Positions 38,514 to 48,478 of a DNA stretch of 64,000 nt are shown here, piece by piece. The translations under genes and the position numbers were made by a program. Source of the stretch: Trueperaceae bacterium (GTDB lineage: Bacteria; Deinococcota; Deinococci; Deinococcales; Trueperaceae); the NCBI GenBank assembly GCA_965213705.1, contig OZ243913.1, positions 2,976,001 through 3,040,000 of the forward strand, written 5' to 3'. Position 1 is the stretch's first letter; each line of letters starts with the position of its first letter. The notes under the pieces were generated by a model. That model had not been told where the DNA came from and ran no database searches. It worked only from the letters and a program-made list of their open reading frames with translations.

Positions 38514-39443
38514 ATGCGTTTACGCCTTGTTCTCCTGACGGGCTTGCTCTTGAACTTCGCCCTCGCCCAAGCCTGCTACCCCGAACTGCGCGGTGCATTC
38601 GCCGACGCAGGTCTTGAACAAGTTGCCAGCGGCGGCGACGCCGCCCATCTTTTGCGCGAGGCGGTCGACTTGCTCGAGCCCGTCCTGCCGCCCCTAGTGA
38701 ACGTCAACACGTTCGGTTTGCAACCCGGTAGCGAGGTTTACGACGACGCGACCTACGCAGACGCCGACTTTTTAGCGCAGCGCGGCTTGCTGCCCGCCGA
38801 GTGGCAGGCCGCCAGCCTGACGCAAGAAACTTGGCAAGCGATGGTCGACGGCCTCGCCGCCTGGTACGACCTCGAGCCGTTTACCGTCGGCCTGGACCTG
38901 ACCCGCGGCGCGCTGACAGAGACGCTGTCGGCGCTCATCGGCGCAGCGTCACCGCGCCTGAACCCGGTCGCGCTCGTCGCCACCGACCCTGCAAACCGGG
39001 ACCGAATCGCTTTTTGGGCCGTGATTCGCAGCGACTCGGTCTACCCGCGGCTCATCGCCTACCGACCGCCGGAAACCGGGGTGAGTTTGGCCGGCGGCGT
39101 CGGCGCGGTGTTGCCGCAGCTCGAGACGTGCGCCCTGCGCCTGGACAACTACGTCTCCGCTTCGGCGACGACCGCGCAGAAGTTGTTTTTGGCGACCAGC
39201 CAGGCGCGGATGTACGTGGCGACGACCGAGCCCCCGAACGCGTCCGGCTTTGTCGCGGTGCCGGTGGGCGAGGAAACCGACTACCTCACGTTCCAAAACG
39301 CCGCGCTCGAGCCCTACACGAGCTTTACCGCCTTGTTCGACGGGCCGAGCGTCGGTCCCGGCGCGCTGCTGCGCTTGCTGCCCCAGGTGCGCACCAACAT
39401 GAACCCGCGCGAGGTGTTGCGGCTCGTGCTGCCGCCTGACTAG
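38514..39443 (+). CDS. Exported hypothetical protein
   Basis: Signal peptide ending ALA-Q; TACACT 7 nt before ATG. Confidence 0.7.
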   Translation: MRLRLVLLTGLLLNFALAQACYPELRGAFADAGLEQVASGGDAAHLLREAVDLLEPVLPPLVNVNTFGLQPGSEVYDDATYADADFLAQRGLLPAEWQAASLTQETWQAMVDGLAAWYDLEPFTVGLDLTRGALTETLSALIGAASPRLNPVALVATDPANRDRIAFWAVIRSDSVYPRLIAYRPPETGVSLAGGVGAVLPQLETCALRLDNYVSASATTAQKLFLATSQARMYVATTEPPNASGFVAVPVGEETDYLTFQNAALEPYTSFTALFDGPSVGPGALLRLLPQVRTNMNPREVLRLVLPPD

Positions 39444-39469
39444 AGCTCGATAGCTCGTGCTCGTGACGC

Positions 39470-40747
39470 TCAACCGACTTTTTCAGGCGTCTCACCTTTT
39501 TTACCGCGGTAGTTTGTTGCGACAAAGACGTAGCAAACGACCGAGGCGAGAAGCGCGATTCCGGCTACGCCCCAGGCCGTGCCGACCGAACTGCGTTCTG
39601 CGACGAAGCCCAGTCCGGCCGAGCCGACGAGACCGCCCGCCGAGAAAACGAGCGACTGAATCGACAACATGGACGACCGCCGCGCGGCCGGCACTTCGGC
39701 GTTGAAAAGGGCGGCGTGCGGCGAGTTGACGACACCGCGGCTGAAGTAGACGAGCCAAAAAAACGCGCTCGCCGTCACGGGTAAACTTTGCAGCGCGAGC
39801 AAAATCAGAAAGACGCCCTGCAGGGCTTGGAAAATGGCCGCGACGACGGCGTAGCGCTTTTTAAACCAGCGGCTCAGCGGAACCGAACAGAGGTTCCCCA
39901 CCATCGCCAGGCCGAAGCTGCCCGCCAACAACACGCCGAAAACGAAGCTGTTCGCCTCGCCTGACGACCCGCCCAGCAGCCGGGCGAAGTTTGGTTGCCA
40001 GAAGGTCTCGAGACTTACCAGCGCCAGCCCGCCCGCAAAAGTCGCGCCGAACAGCAGCAAAATGACCGGGTTGCGGCGGCTCAAATCAAAAGCTGTCGAG
40101 ACGACCTTCGGCAAGGCCCCAAAACCCGCGACCTCGTCACCGTAAGGACGCGACTCGCGCATAAAACTCAGCACGACCACAAAAGTGACGGCGAACATCA
40201 CCCCCGCTGCGACGAGCGTCGTCGAGAAGGGGGTCAACACGGCGCTGCCCTCGGCGGGAAGACCGCTGAAAAGCGTCGGCAAAAAGCCGCCCAGCAGTGT
40301 GCCGGCCGCCAAGGCGGACAGCTCGAACGTCCCCGCCTGGGCGAGCGCGGCTTGCACGTCCACCTCGGGGTCGGCGGACTGCAGACTGTCGATGAACCAC
40401 GCCTCGGGCGCGCCGGAAACGAGCGCCCGGCCGGTTCCGGCCAGGACGGCGAACAGCAAAAACGTGGGCAGCGAAAAGGCAAAAAGAACCACGACTTCCG
40501 AAGCCAGCGTGACGAGCAGGGCCAGCAGCGTGACGCGCTTGCGCCCGACCGCGTCGGCGAGGCCGCCGGTCGGCACCTCGAGCACTACAATCACCAGGCC
40601 GTAAACGCCAAAGACGATGCCGATGTCGGACAGCTCGAGCCCCCGCGCCTCGGCCAACAAAACCTGCACGGCGGCGGGCAAAACTGTCGCGAACCAGAAG
40701 AGTGAGACGATAGCGAAATAAGTCGTTTTGACGCGTCTGATACTCAT
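39470..40747 (-). CDS. MFS transporter
   Basis: EVPTGGLADAVGRKR motif A; about 12 TM segments. Confidence 0.92.
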   Translation of the reverse strand: MSIRRVKTTYFAIVSLFWFATVLPAAVQVLLAEARGLELSDIGIVFGVYGLVIVVLEVPTGGLADAVGRKRVTLLALLVTLASEVVVLFAFSLPTFLLFAVLAGTGRALVSGAPEAWFIDSLQSADPEVDVQAALAQAGTFELSALAAGTLLGGFLPTLFSGLPAEGSAVLTPFSTTLVAAGVMFAVTFVVVLSFMRESRPYGDEVAGFGALPKVVSTAFDLSRRNPVILLLFGATFAGGLALVSLETFWQPNFARLLGGSSGEANSFVFGVLLAGSFGLAMVGNLCSVPLSRWFKKRYAVVAAIFQALQGVFLILLALQSLPVTASAFFWLVYFSRGVVNSPHAALFNAEVPAARRSSMLSIQSLVFSAGGLVGSAGLGFVAERSSVGTAWGVAGIALLASVVCYVFVATNYRGKKGETPEKVG

Positions 40748-40777
40748 ATTCCGAGTGTCGGTGCTACGCTACTTGAA

Positions 40778-41476
40778 ATGGAAGACGTCAATTCAGGTAG
40801 ACCTCCGGCGGGTAGGTTCGTGACTGTCGAGAACCCGAAGCAGGCCGAGCTTTTGTCCGACACGGGTAGTTTTCGCTACTTTAAACCTTTTCTCGCTAAA
40901 GAACGCACCGTTTCGCAAGCCGCGGCGGAGGTGGGCTGCAACTTGGACACGATGCTCTACCGGGTGAAAATTTTTTTGGCGGCGGGTCTGTTGCAGGTGA
41001 CCCGCCTCGAGCCGCGCGCCGGACGGCCCGTCAAGCACTACCGTTCAGTGGAAGACGCTTACCTCATCCCGCTCAGCGCTACGCCCTACGCCGATGTTGA
41101 AGAACTAGTGAGAGGCCAGATGCAAGCGGGCCAAGACCTGCTCATTCGCGCGGTTGCCAAGTACCTGCGCAACGTGGAGCTAGAAGGGCGACGCGTTTAC
41201 CGCCGACGAGACAACGGAGAAGTTTGGCAGGAGTCGGCGGGCGAGTCGAAGATTGCCTTCGACTTTCTCGAGCCTGAAAGCTACCGAAACTACTTTGAAA
41301 AGCACCTTGGTCCGGTTGCCGAAGCATTTGCCAACGAATTTTTATTGACGGACGAGGAAGCAAAGGCGTTTTTGCTCGAGCTTTACGCCCTCTGGTTTCG
41401 CTACCAGGGCAAGGAGAACGAACCAACACGCAAACCGTACTACTTCAGTTTGGGTTTTGTGCCGCTCGAGCCTTGA
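40778..41476 (+). CDS. Winged-helix (ArsR-like) transcriptional regulator
   Basis: TVSQAA...MLYRV..F..AGLL...GRPVKHY; divergent from the MFS gene. Confidence 0.75.
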   Translation: MEDVNSGRPPAGRFVTVENPKQAELLSDTGSFRYFKPFLAKERTVSQAAAEVGCNLDTMLYRVKIFLAAGLLQVTRLEPRAGRPVKHYRSVEDAYLIPLSATPYADVEELVRGQMQAGQDLLIRAVAKYLRNVELEGRRVYRRRDNGEVWQESAGESKIAFDFLEPESYRNYFEKHLGPVAEAFANEFLLTDEEAKAFLLELYALWFRYQGKENEPTRKPYYFSLGFVPLEP

Positions 41477-41544
41477 CCCTAGTGACACCTTCAGCGCCGC
41501 ATGATTTTTGCTCGGGTCGGGCTGGCAATTCCCGCGCCACGACG

Positions 41545-43566
41545 CTAAGACTCTAACTGGTCTTTGGGCTCGGTGTTCGTGGCGTCTACGGTGGCGTCCG
41601 AGGTTTTTTGCTTCGCCCTGTCTTGGCCTTTGTCGACTTCCTCGGCGAGCGTCTGCGCGGCTTCGCGGGCGACGCGCCTCGGCAACAGGCCCACCTCGGC
41701 AAGCTCGTCGAGGGTGCTTTCAGCAGCGACGCGGCAGAGGATTTCCGCCTGGCGGCGGCGCAACCCGGCAGCGTCGCTGGAGCGTTCATCGAGTTCGTCG
41801 ATTTCGGCGACCGCTCGCTGTTCCCACTGTTCAAAAGTCGCCCTAACGGTTTCGACCGCGGCGGGGTCGAGGTTGGGAAGCTGGCTGAACAGCTCCAGGG
41901 TCTCGCCGGTGCGCCGCGCCGCGAGCCGCCGCGCGCTGGCCTCGGCGTAGGCAAGTTCGGTCGGGTCGCCGGCCGGGACGATTTTTAACAAAGCCTTGAC
42001 ACCTTCCAACAGGCGGGCGAAGCGGGGCCGTTCACGCTCGCGCGGGTTCAAGCCACCCTGACCCAGCGTCACCTCCTCGACCTGGTCGCCGACCTCGTTC
42101 AACAGGGTGCGGGCAACCACGCTCGGCAACAGCCCAGCGTCGCTCAAACGCTGGTAGGTTTCGTGCTCGACGAACAAGCCGCGGCGGGTGACGACCTCCA
42201 CCTCCTCGGCCTCGCTCAGGTTGATGCGTTCCAGAGCCGCGCGCGCTTCTCGCTCGGCGTGGTCGAGTTGCGCGGCCACGGCCGGGTCGTCCAAGCCGAG
42301 GCCGCCGAGCTGGTCGCGGGCGGCGCGAACCCCGGCCAGACGGGCACCGCCCGCCAGAAAGCGGTCGGCCCGGCTCGGCTCGTCCAAGCCGAGCCGGTGG
42401 ACGAGCGCCGAAATGGTGGTGGCGTTTAAGAGCAGCGTCGTGAGCACCACGCCGCCCGTCATGGCGATGAACAGGTCGCGCTGCGGCAGGGTTTCGGGCA
42501 GCGCCAGCGCCAGGGCTAAAGCCACGCCGCCGCGCAAACCGCCCCAAACGAGCACCGCCTCGTTGCGGAGCCCGACCGGCGGGATGTGCCCCAGGCGCTC
42601 GAGCGCCCACACCAGCGGCACCACCCCCAGCGCGCGGGCCACGAGCACCGCGGCGACGGCGAGCAAAATAGCGCCGCCGTAGCGCAGCAGCAGCGCGGGC
42701 TCGATGGCAAGACCGATAAGGAGAAACAGCAGCGCGTTGGCGACGTAACCGAGCGCTTCCCAGAGTTCGGTCCAGCCCACGCGGACCTCTTCCGAAGCCC
42801 GCACCGGTGCCGCCGCGGAAAGGACGAGCCCCGCCGCGAGCGTCGCCATAATGCCGGAAAAGCCGAACACCTCGTCCGCCAGCACGAAGCCGCCGTAGGC
42901 GACCGCCACCGAAAGCGCGGCGGCGGGCAACTTCTCGAGCCACGGCAACACGAATACCGCCACCCCGCCCACCACGACGCCGACCAGCGTGCCGCCGAAA
43001 AAGACCAGCACGAAGTCCAGCACGCCCTCAGCCACGCCCACCCGGCCGCCGAGCGCCGCGGCCAGAAAGATGTTGACGAGGACGATGGCGACGCCGTCGT
43101 TGAGCAGGCTTTCGCCCTCGACGAGCGTCAACAGCCGCCGCGGCACGCCGAGTTCGCGGAACACCGCCACGACCGCCACCGGGTCGGTCGCCGAAATGAG
43201 CACCCCGAACACGCCCGCCGCCGCCACCGGCACGCCCAGCCCGACCACGAGCGCCGCGCCGACCACGCCCGCCGACACGATGAGAGCGGGCACGGCGAGG
43301 ACCAAAATCGGCAAGAGGTTGCGAAAAAAAGCGCGGGTGGACAAGCCCAGCGCGGCCTCGAACACGAGCACGGGCAAAAACAAAAACACCACGGTCTCTT
43401 TGAACACCTCGCCCTGCAGGGGGTTCTCGAGCACAGCGCCCGCCCCGAAACCGACCACCGCCAGCACCACCGTAAGCGGCAGCCGCACCCGCTTGGCAAG
43501 TATGCCCAACAGCACAGCGCCCGCCAGCAGCGCCGAGAGTTGCAGCAACCACTCGGGCAGGTTCAC
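41545..43566 (-). CDS. CPA1 family cation:proton antiporter
   Basis: SATDPVAV, GESLLNDG, GGLRG motifs. Confidence 0.93.
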   Translation of the reverse strand: MNLPEWLLQLSALLAGAVLLGILAKRVRLPLTVVLAVVGFGAGAVLENPLQGEVFKETVVFLFLPVLVFEAALGLSTRAFFRNLLPILVLAVPALIVSAGVVGAALVVGLGVPVAAAGVFGVLISATDPVAVVAVFRELGVPRRLLTLVEGESLLNDGVAIVLVNIFLAAALGGRVGVAEGVLDFVLVFFGGTLVGVVVGGVAVFVLPWLEKLPAAALSVAVAYGGFVLADEVFGFSGIMATLAAGLVLSAAAPVRASEEVRVGWTELWEALGYVANALLFLLIGLAIEPALLLRYGGAILLAVAAVLVARALGVVPLVWALERLGHIPPVGLRNEAVLVWGGLRGGVALALALALPETLPQRDLFIAMTGGVVLTTLLLNATTISALVHRLGLDEPSRADRFLAGGARLAGVRAARDQLGGLGLDDPAVAAQLDHAEREARAALERINLSEAEEVEVVTRRGLFVEHETYQRLSDAGLLPSVVARTLLNEVGDQVEEVTLGQGGLNPRERERPRFARLLEGVKALLKIVPAGDPTELAYAEASARRLAARRTGETLELFSQLPNLDPAAVETVRATFEQWEQRAVAEIDELDERSSDAAGLRRRQAEILCRVAAESTLDELAEVGLLPRRVAREAAQTLAEEVDKGQDRAKQKTSDATVDATNTEPKDQLES

Positions 43567-43672
43567 GCCGTCACCTCACGCCTGTGCATCGCCGACCTCC
43601 GCCCTGGCACGTCTTCGAATTGTGAGCTAAACGATTCTACGCCGCGCGACCTGCTTTTGAGAAGACGTGCGT

Positions 43673-44554
43673 CTACTCGAGGCCGATGGCGCTGTTGACG
43701 GCCGCGCGCATCTGCAGCGCGGCTTCCCTGGCAACTGCGGCGTAGTCGTCACCCGCCGACGTGTAGGTAAGGCCCCGGCTCGAGGCAACCACCGCGCCAA
43801 AACCGTCTTCGTCGAAGGCGGCCGCCACGTCGTCGGCGGTCGCGCCCTGCGCGCCGTAGCCCGGCAACAGCAATACCGAGCGGGGCAAAATGTCGCGCAA
43901 GTGCTCTATTTCTTGCCAGTACATCGCCCCGACCACCGCACCCAGCGGGCTGTATCCGTCTCCGCCTACAAGCTCTCGGCTCCGCGCGGCAAGCTTGTAA
44001 GCCACGTGGTCGTACAGGTACATCCCCTCGCTCGACTCGACGTTTTGAAAGTCTTTGCCGCCGGGGTTCGAGGTTTTGACCAACACGAACAAGCCACGCT
44101 CGTTTTTCACCGCCGCGTCGATAAACGGCTCCAGAGCGTCCATACCGAGGTAAGGGTTGACGGTGAGGGCGTCGACCGAGAACACGCCTTCACCCAAGTA
44201 AGCCCGCGCGTAAGCCTCCGCCGTCGCGCCGACGTCGCCCCGTTTGGCGTCCAGAACAACCGGCGCACCTAAAGTTTTGAAGTCCGCGACGAGCTGTGCG
44301 AGCGCCACCAGCCCCGGAATGCCCAGGGCCTCGAAAAAGGCGCTCTGCGGTTTGTAGCAAGCGACCACGTCCTGCGTCGCTTCAATAATGTCCCGAAAGT
44401 AGCTTATAACGGCCTTTGCCACAGCTGCCGGGTCGCGGTCGAAACGGTCGGGGTGGGTCGAGGGGTGCGCCTCGGGCCGCGGGTCGATGCCGAGGCACAC
44501 GCGTGAGTTCGTCAGTTTCGTTCGCTCGAGCAGGCGTTCGCTGAAAGTCGGCAT
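43673..44554 (-). CDS. pyrF: Orotidine-5'-phosphate decarboxylase
   Basis: GIDP, KPQSAFFE, DAKRGDV, KTSNP, PGYGAQG, SSR. Confidence 0.95.
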   Translation of the reverse strand: MPTFSERLLERTKLTNSRVCLGIDPRPEAHPSTHPDRFDRDPAAVAKAVISYFRDIIEATQDVVACYKPQSAFFEALGIPGLVALAQLVADFKTLGAPVVLDAKRGDVGATAEAYARAYLGEGVFSVDALTVNPYLGMDALEPFIDAAVKNERGLFVLVKTSNPGGKDFQNVESSEGMYLYDHVAYKLAARSRELVGGDGYSPLGAVVGAMYWQEIEHLRDILPRSVLLLPGYGAQGATADDVAAAFDEDGFGAVVASSRGLTYTSAGDDYAAVAREAALQMRAAVNSAIGLE

Positions 44555-44648
44555 ACCGGGTTAGGCTAGCACTTCGGGCTGCCGCTCGCCGTCAAACGCA
44601 CACGCGCCACGGCAGCTTTGAATCAGACCTCCGGGGTGATGCAGCGAA

Positions 44649-44742
44649 GACCACCCCTCTTTTTCACGACCCTCTTTCACCACCGAGGTCCGAAACGAGA
44701 CCTCCCTAAAACGAGACCTCCCTAAAGTGACCCCTCTTTCAC
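44649..44742. repeat. Mixed direct-repeat tract between the NYN gene and pyrF
   Basis: Perfect 16-mer AAACGAGACCTCCCTA at 44693 and 44709; three copies of a CCCTCTTT(TT)CAC motif. Confidence 0.75.
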
Positions 44743-44812
44743 AAACGGGTTTTTAGGGCCGACGGTTTTTTCAGGGTCGCCTGGAAGCTGCCGGTAAAAC
44801 CTGCCGAGCGCG

Positions 44813-45334
44813 CTAAAAAAGAATCTTGTTCCAGTCGAACTCGTCGAGCGGGTGAAACCTGTCGACGTACTCGACCAACATACCCGCTGACTGGTTGCGG
44901 AACATGGCGCATTCGATGTGCTTGCCCCGGCGCTTGACCGCCTCGACCAGTTCGATATAGTCGCTGTCGCCGCTGACCAAAATGGCCGTGTCGTAGGCGT
45001 CTTCAAACGCGAGTTGCAACGACTCGACCGCTATGGCGACGTCTATGCCTTTCTCGACCAGCGAGCCGTCGTGGCGGCGGTGGAGCCGCCCTAAGCGCAC
45101 CGTCACGTAAGGAATGCGCCGCAGCGACTCGAAAAAGCGCTGCTGGCCTTCGCGCAACTCGGTATCGTAGTCGTCGGTAAGCGGGGCGTTGTAGTAGTAG
45201 GTGCGAAAAAGTTCACGGGAACCTAAAAGCTGCTTGATAAGGGCTTGCAAGTTGACGCGGGTGTTCGACAAGTTCTCGCGCATCCCGTTGTACAAGTTGC
45301 TGCCGTCGATAAACAGTGCGACGCGTTCTGGCAA
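44813..45334 (-). CDS. NYN domain (LabA/DUF88) protein
   Basis: FIDGSN, EKGIDV, LVSGDSDY. Confidence 0.92.
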   Translation of the reverse strand: MPERVALFIDGSNLYNGMRENLSNTRVNLQALIKQLLGSRELFRTYYYNAPLTDDYDTELREGQQRFFESLRRIPYVTVRLGRLHRRHDGSLVEKGIDVAIAVESLQLAFEDAYDTAILVSGDSDYIELVEAVKRRGKHIECAMFRNQSAGMLVEYVDRFHPLDEFDWNKILF

Positions 45335-45429
45335 AAGAGGTCTCCTTGAGATAGGCTTTTGGTAAATACCTCTTCAGTGTACCTGTCGGACCCGGCTTAG
45401 GGAAGAGGGGAGGGCGGTATACTTAAAAC

Positions 45430-45915
45430 ATGATGAAACCCGTCCACAAACCCGAGTCCTTCAACTTAGACCACAGCAAAGTCCGCGCGCCTTACGTGCG
45501 TTTGGCCGGGCGCTACCAGGGCGAGCGCGGTGACACGGTCACCAAGTACGACCTGAGACTGGTCCAACCCAACGAGGCCGAGATTCCCACCGCCGCGCTC
45601 CACACCATCGAACACCTGTTGGCGGGCTACTTGCGGGACGCGCTCAGCGAACAAATCGTCGACGCCAGTCCGATGGGTTGCCGCACCGGTTTTTACCTGA
45701 CTGTGCTCGGCACGCCGCAAGAGGCCGACGTTCGGCAAGCCCTCGAGACCGCCCTTCAAAACGTCTCGGCGCACGAAGGCGCGGTTCCCGGGTGCAGCCC
45801 CTTGGAGTGCGGCAACTACCGCGATCACTCGCTGCCAGGGGCCAAGGCTTGGGCCGACAAGGTTTTGGCGAACGACATCATCGTGCAAGAAACGGTGGCG
45901 CTCCAGCCGGCTTGA
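45430..45915 (+). CDS. luxS: S-ribosylhomocysteine lyase
   Basis: ESF.LDH, HTIEH, PMGCRTGFY, CGNY..H. Confidence 0.97.
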   Translation: MMKPVHKPESFNLDHSKVRAPYVRLAGRYQGERGDTVTKYDLRLVQPNEAEIPTAALHTIEHLLAGYLRDALSEQIVDASPMGCRTGFYLTVLGTPQEADVRQALETALQNVSAHEGAVPGCSPLECGNYRDHSLPGAKAWADKVLANDIIVQETVALQPA

Positions 45916-46011
45916 CACCCCCTCTCGAGTCCTGAAAAGCAAGGTTTTTCTCAACCTTTTTGAGCGCCCAGGTTTACCTCTCTCATAAAAGGTTGCGTCA
46001 TAATGGGCTAT

Positions 46012-46689
46012 ATGGAGCGTAAACCCCTGGTTTTGATCGTCGAAGACGAAAAAGAAATTGCCAAATTTATCGACTTAGAGCTGCAGGCCGAAAGCTACGA
46101 AACGATTGTCACTTACGACGGCGTGACGGGTTTGTCGAAGTTCCGCGAGATGAACCCCGACCTGGTCGTGCTCGACTTGATGCTGCCCGTTTTGGACGGC
46201 CTGGAAGTCGCGCGGCGCATCCGCAAAACGAGCAACACGCCGATTATCATCCTCACCGCCAAGGACAACGTCGAGGACAAAGTCGTGGGCTTGGACTCGG
46301 GCGCGGACGACTACCTCGTCAAGCCGTTTTCCATCGAAGAGTTGCTGGCGCGGGTGCGCGCCCACCTGCGCCGCGTCAACCCGGCGGTGACCGGCGAGGT
46401 ACGCGTGGCCGACCTCGTCATGAACTTGGACGGCCGCGAGGTGTTCCGCGACGGGCGGCGCATCGAACTTTCGGCCAAGGAGTTCGAACTGTTGGAACTG
46501 TTCGCGCGCAATCCCGGCAAAGTGTTCAACCGCTTCGAAATCGAAGAAAAGGTGTGGCCCGAGTACACGGGGGGGAGCAACGTGGTCGACGTGTACGTCG
46601 GCTACCTGCGGCGCAAGCTGGAAAAGGACGGGGAGCGGCGACTCATCCACACGGTGCGCGGCGTCGGTTACGTGCTGCGCGAAGAGTAG
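46012..46689 (+). CDS. OmpR/PhoB family response regulator
   Basis: VEDE, LDLMLP, GADDY..KPF, VVDVYV..LR.K, TVRGVGY; CATAAT 7 nt before ATG 46012. Confidence 0.96.
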   Translation: MERKPLVLIVEDEKEIAKFIDLELQAESYETIVTYDGVTGLSKFREMNPDLVVLDLMLPVLDGLEVARRIRKTSNTPIIILTAKDNVEDKVVGLDSGADDYLVKPFSIEELLARVRAHLRRVNPAVTGEVRVADLVMNLDGREVFRDGRRIELSAKEFELLELFARNPGKVFNRFEIEEKVWPEYTGGSNVVDVYVGYLRRKLEKDGERRLIHTVRGVGYVLREE

Positions 46690-46695
46690 GTTTAC

Positions 46696-48180
46696 ATGTC
46701 CTTACGCCTGCGCTTGACCCTCTTTTACACGCTGTTTTTGGCTGTGGTGCTGGTCGCCGTGGCCGGGGCGGTTTATGCGTTTACGCAGCGGACGCTTGTC
46801 ACCACCTTAGAAGACAAGGCGGAGGAACTCGTCACGGGCGTTGCCGTCGCTAAAAAGTTGTCGGTTATTCAACCTTTACCCGACGACGCCTACTACATTA
46901 TCAAAAGAGATTTTCTCGGTCGTGAGTCGAGAGAGGCTTTACTCAGCGGTCAAACCAACCCGGCAAACTTTTACTCGAAGGGCACGGTCCGGCGGCCACC
47001 CAGCGAAATCGACTTGTTCAAGCTCGTTCCCGAAAGGGTTTACGACGAGTTGTTCGCCTCCAAACGTGCGTTTACGCAACTCAGTATTCCCAACACCAGC
47101 GTTAAGCTCATCGTTTACCTCCGCCTACACGATCTCTCTATTTTTGACACGCCCGAGCGTCCAGCTATCTCGCTACTGGCTCTGCCCTTTCCGACGGCGA
47201 CCTTGAACAACCTTCGCGGTTTGCTTTTGCGTACCCTCTTACCCGCCTTCGTCGTCTTCGCCATCGGCGTGTGGCTGCTGTCGTCACGCGTCCTTTCGCC
47301 CTTGAAACGCATGACCGCGACCGCCGCGCTTATCAACAGCCGCGACCTGTCGCAGCGCGTGCCGGTGTCAAAAACCAACGACGAACTCAAGGAACTCGCG
47401 GTCACGCTCAACAATATGTTGGAACGCCTGCAAGAGTCGTTCGAAACGCAGCGGCGCTTTACCGCCGACGCCTCGCACGAACTGCGCACCCCCGTGACCG
47501 CCATCGTCGGACACGCCAACTACATCTTGCGGCGTACCAAACCGAGCCCCGAACAAGTCGACTCGCTCACGGTCATTCGCCGCGAGGGCGAACGCATGGC
47601 GAAGCTTGTCAACGACCTGCTCGAGCTGGCTCGGGCCGACGCCGGTTTCGCCATCCAGCGCGAGCCTATGAACTTGGTCGAGGTCGTCGAGGCCGTCCAC
47701 ATGGACGTGGCCCCTATCGCCGGGGCGACCGAAATAGACGTGTCCGTGTCCGCCCCGCTCATCGAAGTCTTGGGCGACGCCGCCCGCCTCAAACAGGTCG
47801 TCTTGAACCTCGTGTTGAACGCCGTCAACGCGGGCTCGAAACACATCACGGTGTCGCTCAGCAAAGAAAAACGAGATGTTCGCTTGGAAGTCTTGGACGA
47901 CGGCCCCGGCATCCCCGAGTCGGCGCTGCCCCACCTGTTCGACCGCTTTTACCGCGTCGACGGCGCGAGAACGACGCGCGGCAACGGCAGCGGCCTGGGC
48001 CTGGCAATCGTCAACTGGATAGTCCAGCAGCACGGCGGCACTGTTCACGTCGAGTCGCGTTTGGGCGAAGGCACGGTGTTCACCGTACTGCTGCCCGCCC
48101 TCAACCCTAAAATGACGGAAACCCCCTTTTTGACTTCGGTACGACCACCGGCCAAACCGCAGACGAAAACCGCTTCTTAA
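46696..48180 (+). CDS. Sensor histidine kinase (HAMP, HisKA, HATPase)
   Basis: Two TM segments, ASHELRTP, DDGPGI, FDRFYR, GSGLGL. Confidence 0.96.
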   Translation: MSLRLRLTLFYTLFLAVVLVAVAGAVYAFTQRTLVTTLEDKAEELVTGVAVAKKLSVIQPLPDDAYYIIKRDFLGRESREALLSGQTNPANFYSKGTVRRPPSEIDLFKLVPERVYDELFASKRAFTQLSIPNTSVKLIVYLRLHDLSIFDTPERPAISLLALPFPTATLNNLRGLLLRTLLPAFVVFAIGVWLLSSRVLSPLKRMTATAALINSRDLSQRVPVSKTNDELKELAVTLNNMLERLQESFETQRRFTADASHELRTPVTAIVGHANYILRRTKPSPEQVDSLTVIRREGERMAKLVNDLLELARADAGFAIQREPMNLVEVVEAVHMDVAPIAGATEIDVSVSAPLIEVLGDAARLKQVVLNLVLNAVNAGSKHITVSLSKEKRDVRLEVLDDGPGIPESALPHLFDRFYRVDGARTTRGNGSGLGLAIVNWIVQQHGGTVHVESRLGEGTVFTVLLPALNPKMTETPFLTSVRPPAKPQTKTAS

Positions 48181-48478
48181 AAGGCAAAAAACACGTGCCG
48201 CGCACAGTAAAGTCTAAACGCACCCGCAGACTTATGAGCGGTGTGTTTCGATTTTCACCTTTCTGGCCGCGAAATTCAGGCTTTGGCGTTTGTTGGCACC
48301 GACTCGTCTCAGGTTGGCAAGGCGACTCGAGCTGTGGGGTGAAAATGCGGGTGCCGACACACTTCGGGAAGAATCAGCCCCTGGTGCAGCTATTGCAAGA
48401 CGAGGCGCAAAAAGACTTTACCCACAACCTTATACTGGGCGAAGACTTGCTGGAAATCCCCGTTTAAGAGGTCTAACC

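Noticed and set aside
44813..45334. NYN nuclease as part of a defence or TA system
   Set aside because: Standalone LabA-type gene in a housekeeping context with no partner gene.
5843..45915. luxS plus the AI-2E transporter as a quorum-sensing system
   Set aside because: The genes are about 39 kb apart; AI-2E membership does not imply AI-2 export, and no lsr genes are seen.
48240..48460. Cobalamin riboswitch or pseudoknot upstream of hemE (GGTGAAAAT, GGGAAG and GAAGACTTGC words; crossing inverted repeats 48251/48338 and 48291/48350)
   Set aside because: Core riboswitch elements and spacing do not fit, and a TATACT box near 48431 suggests transcription starts downstream. An Rfam cmscan would settle it.
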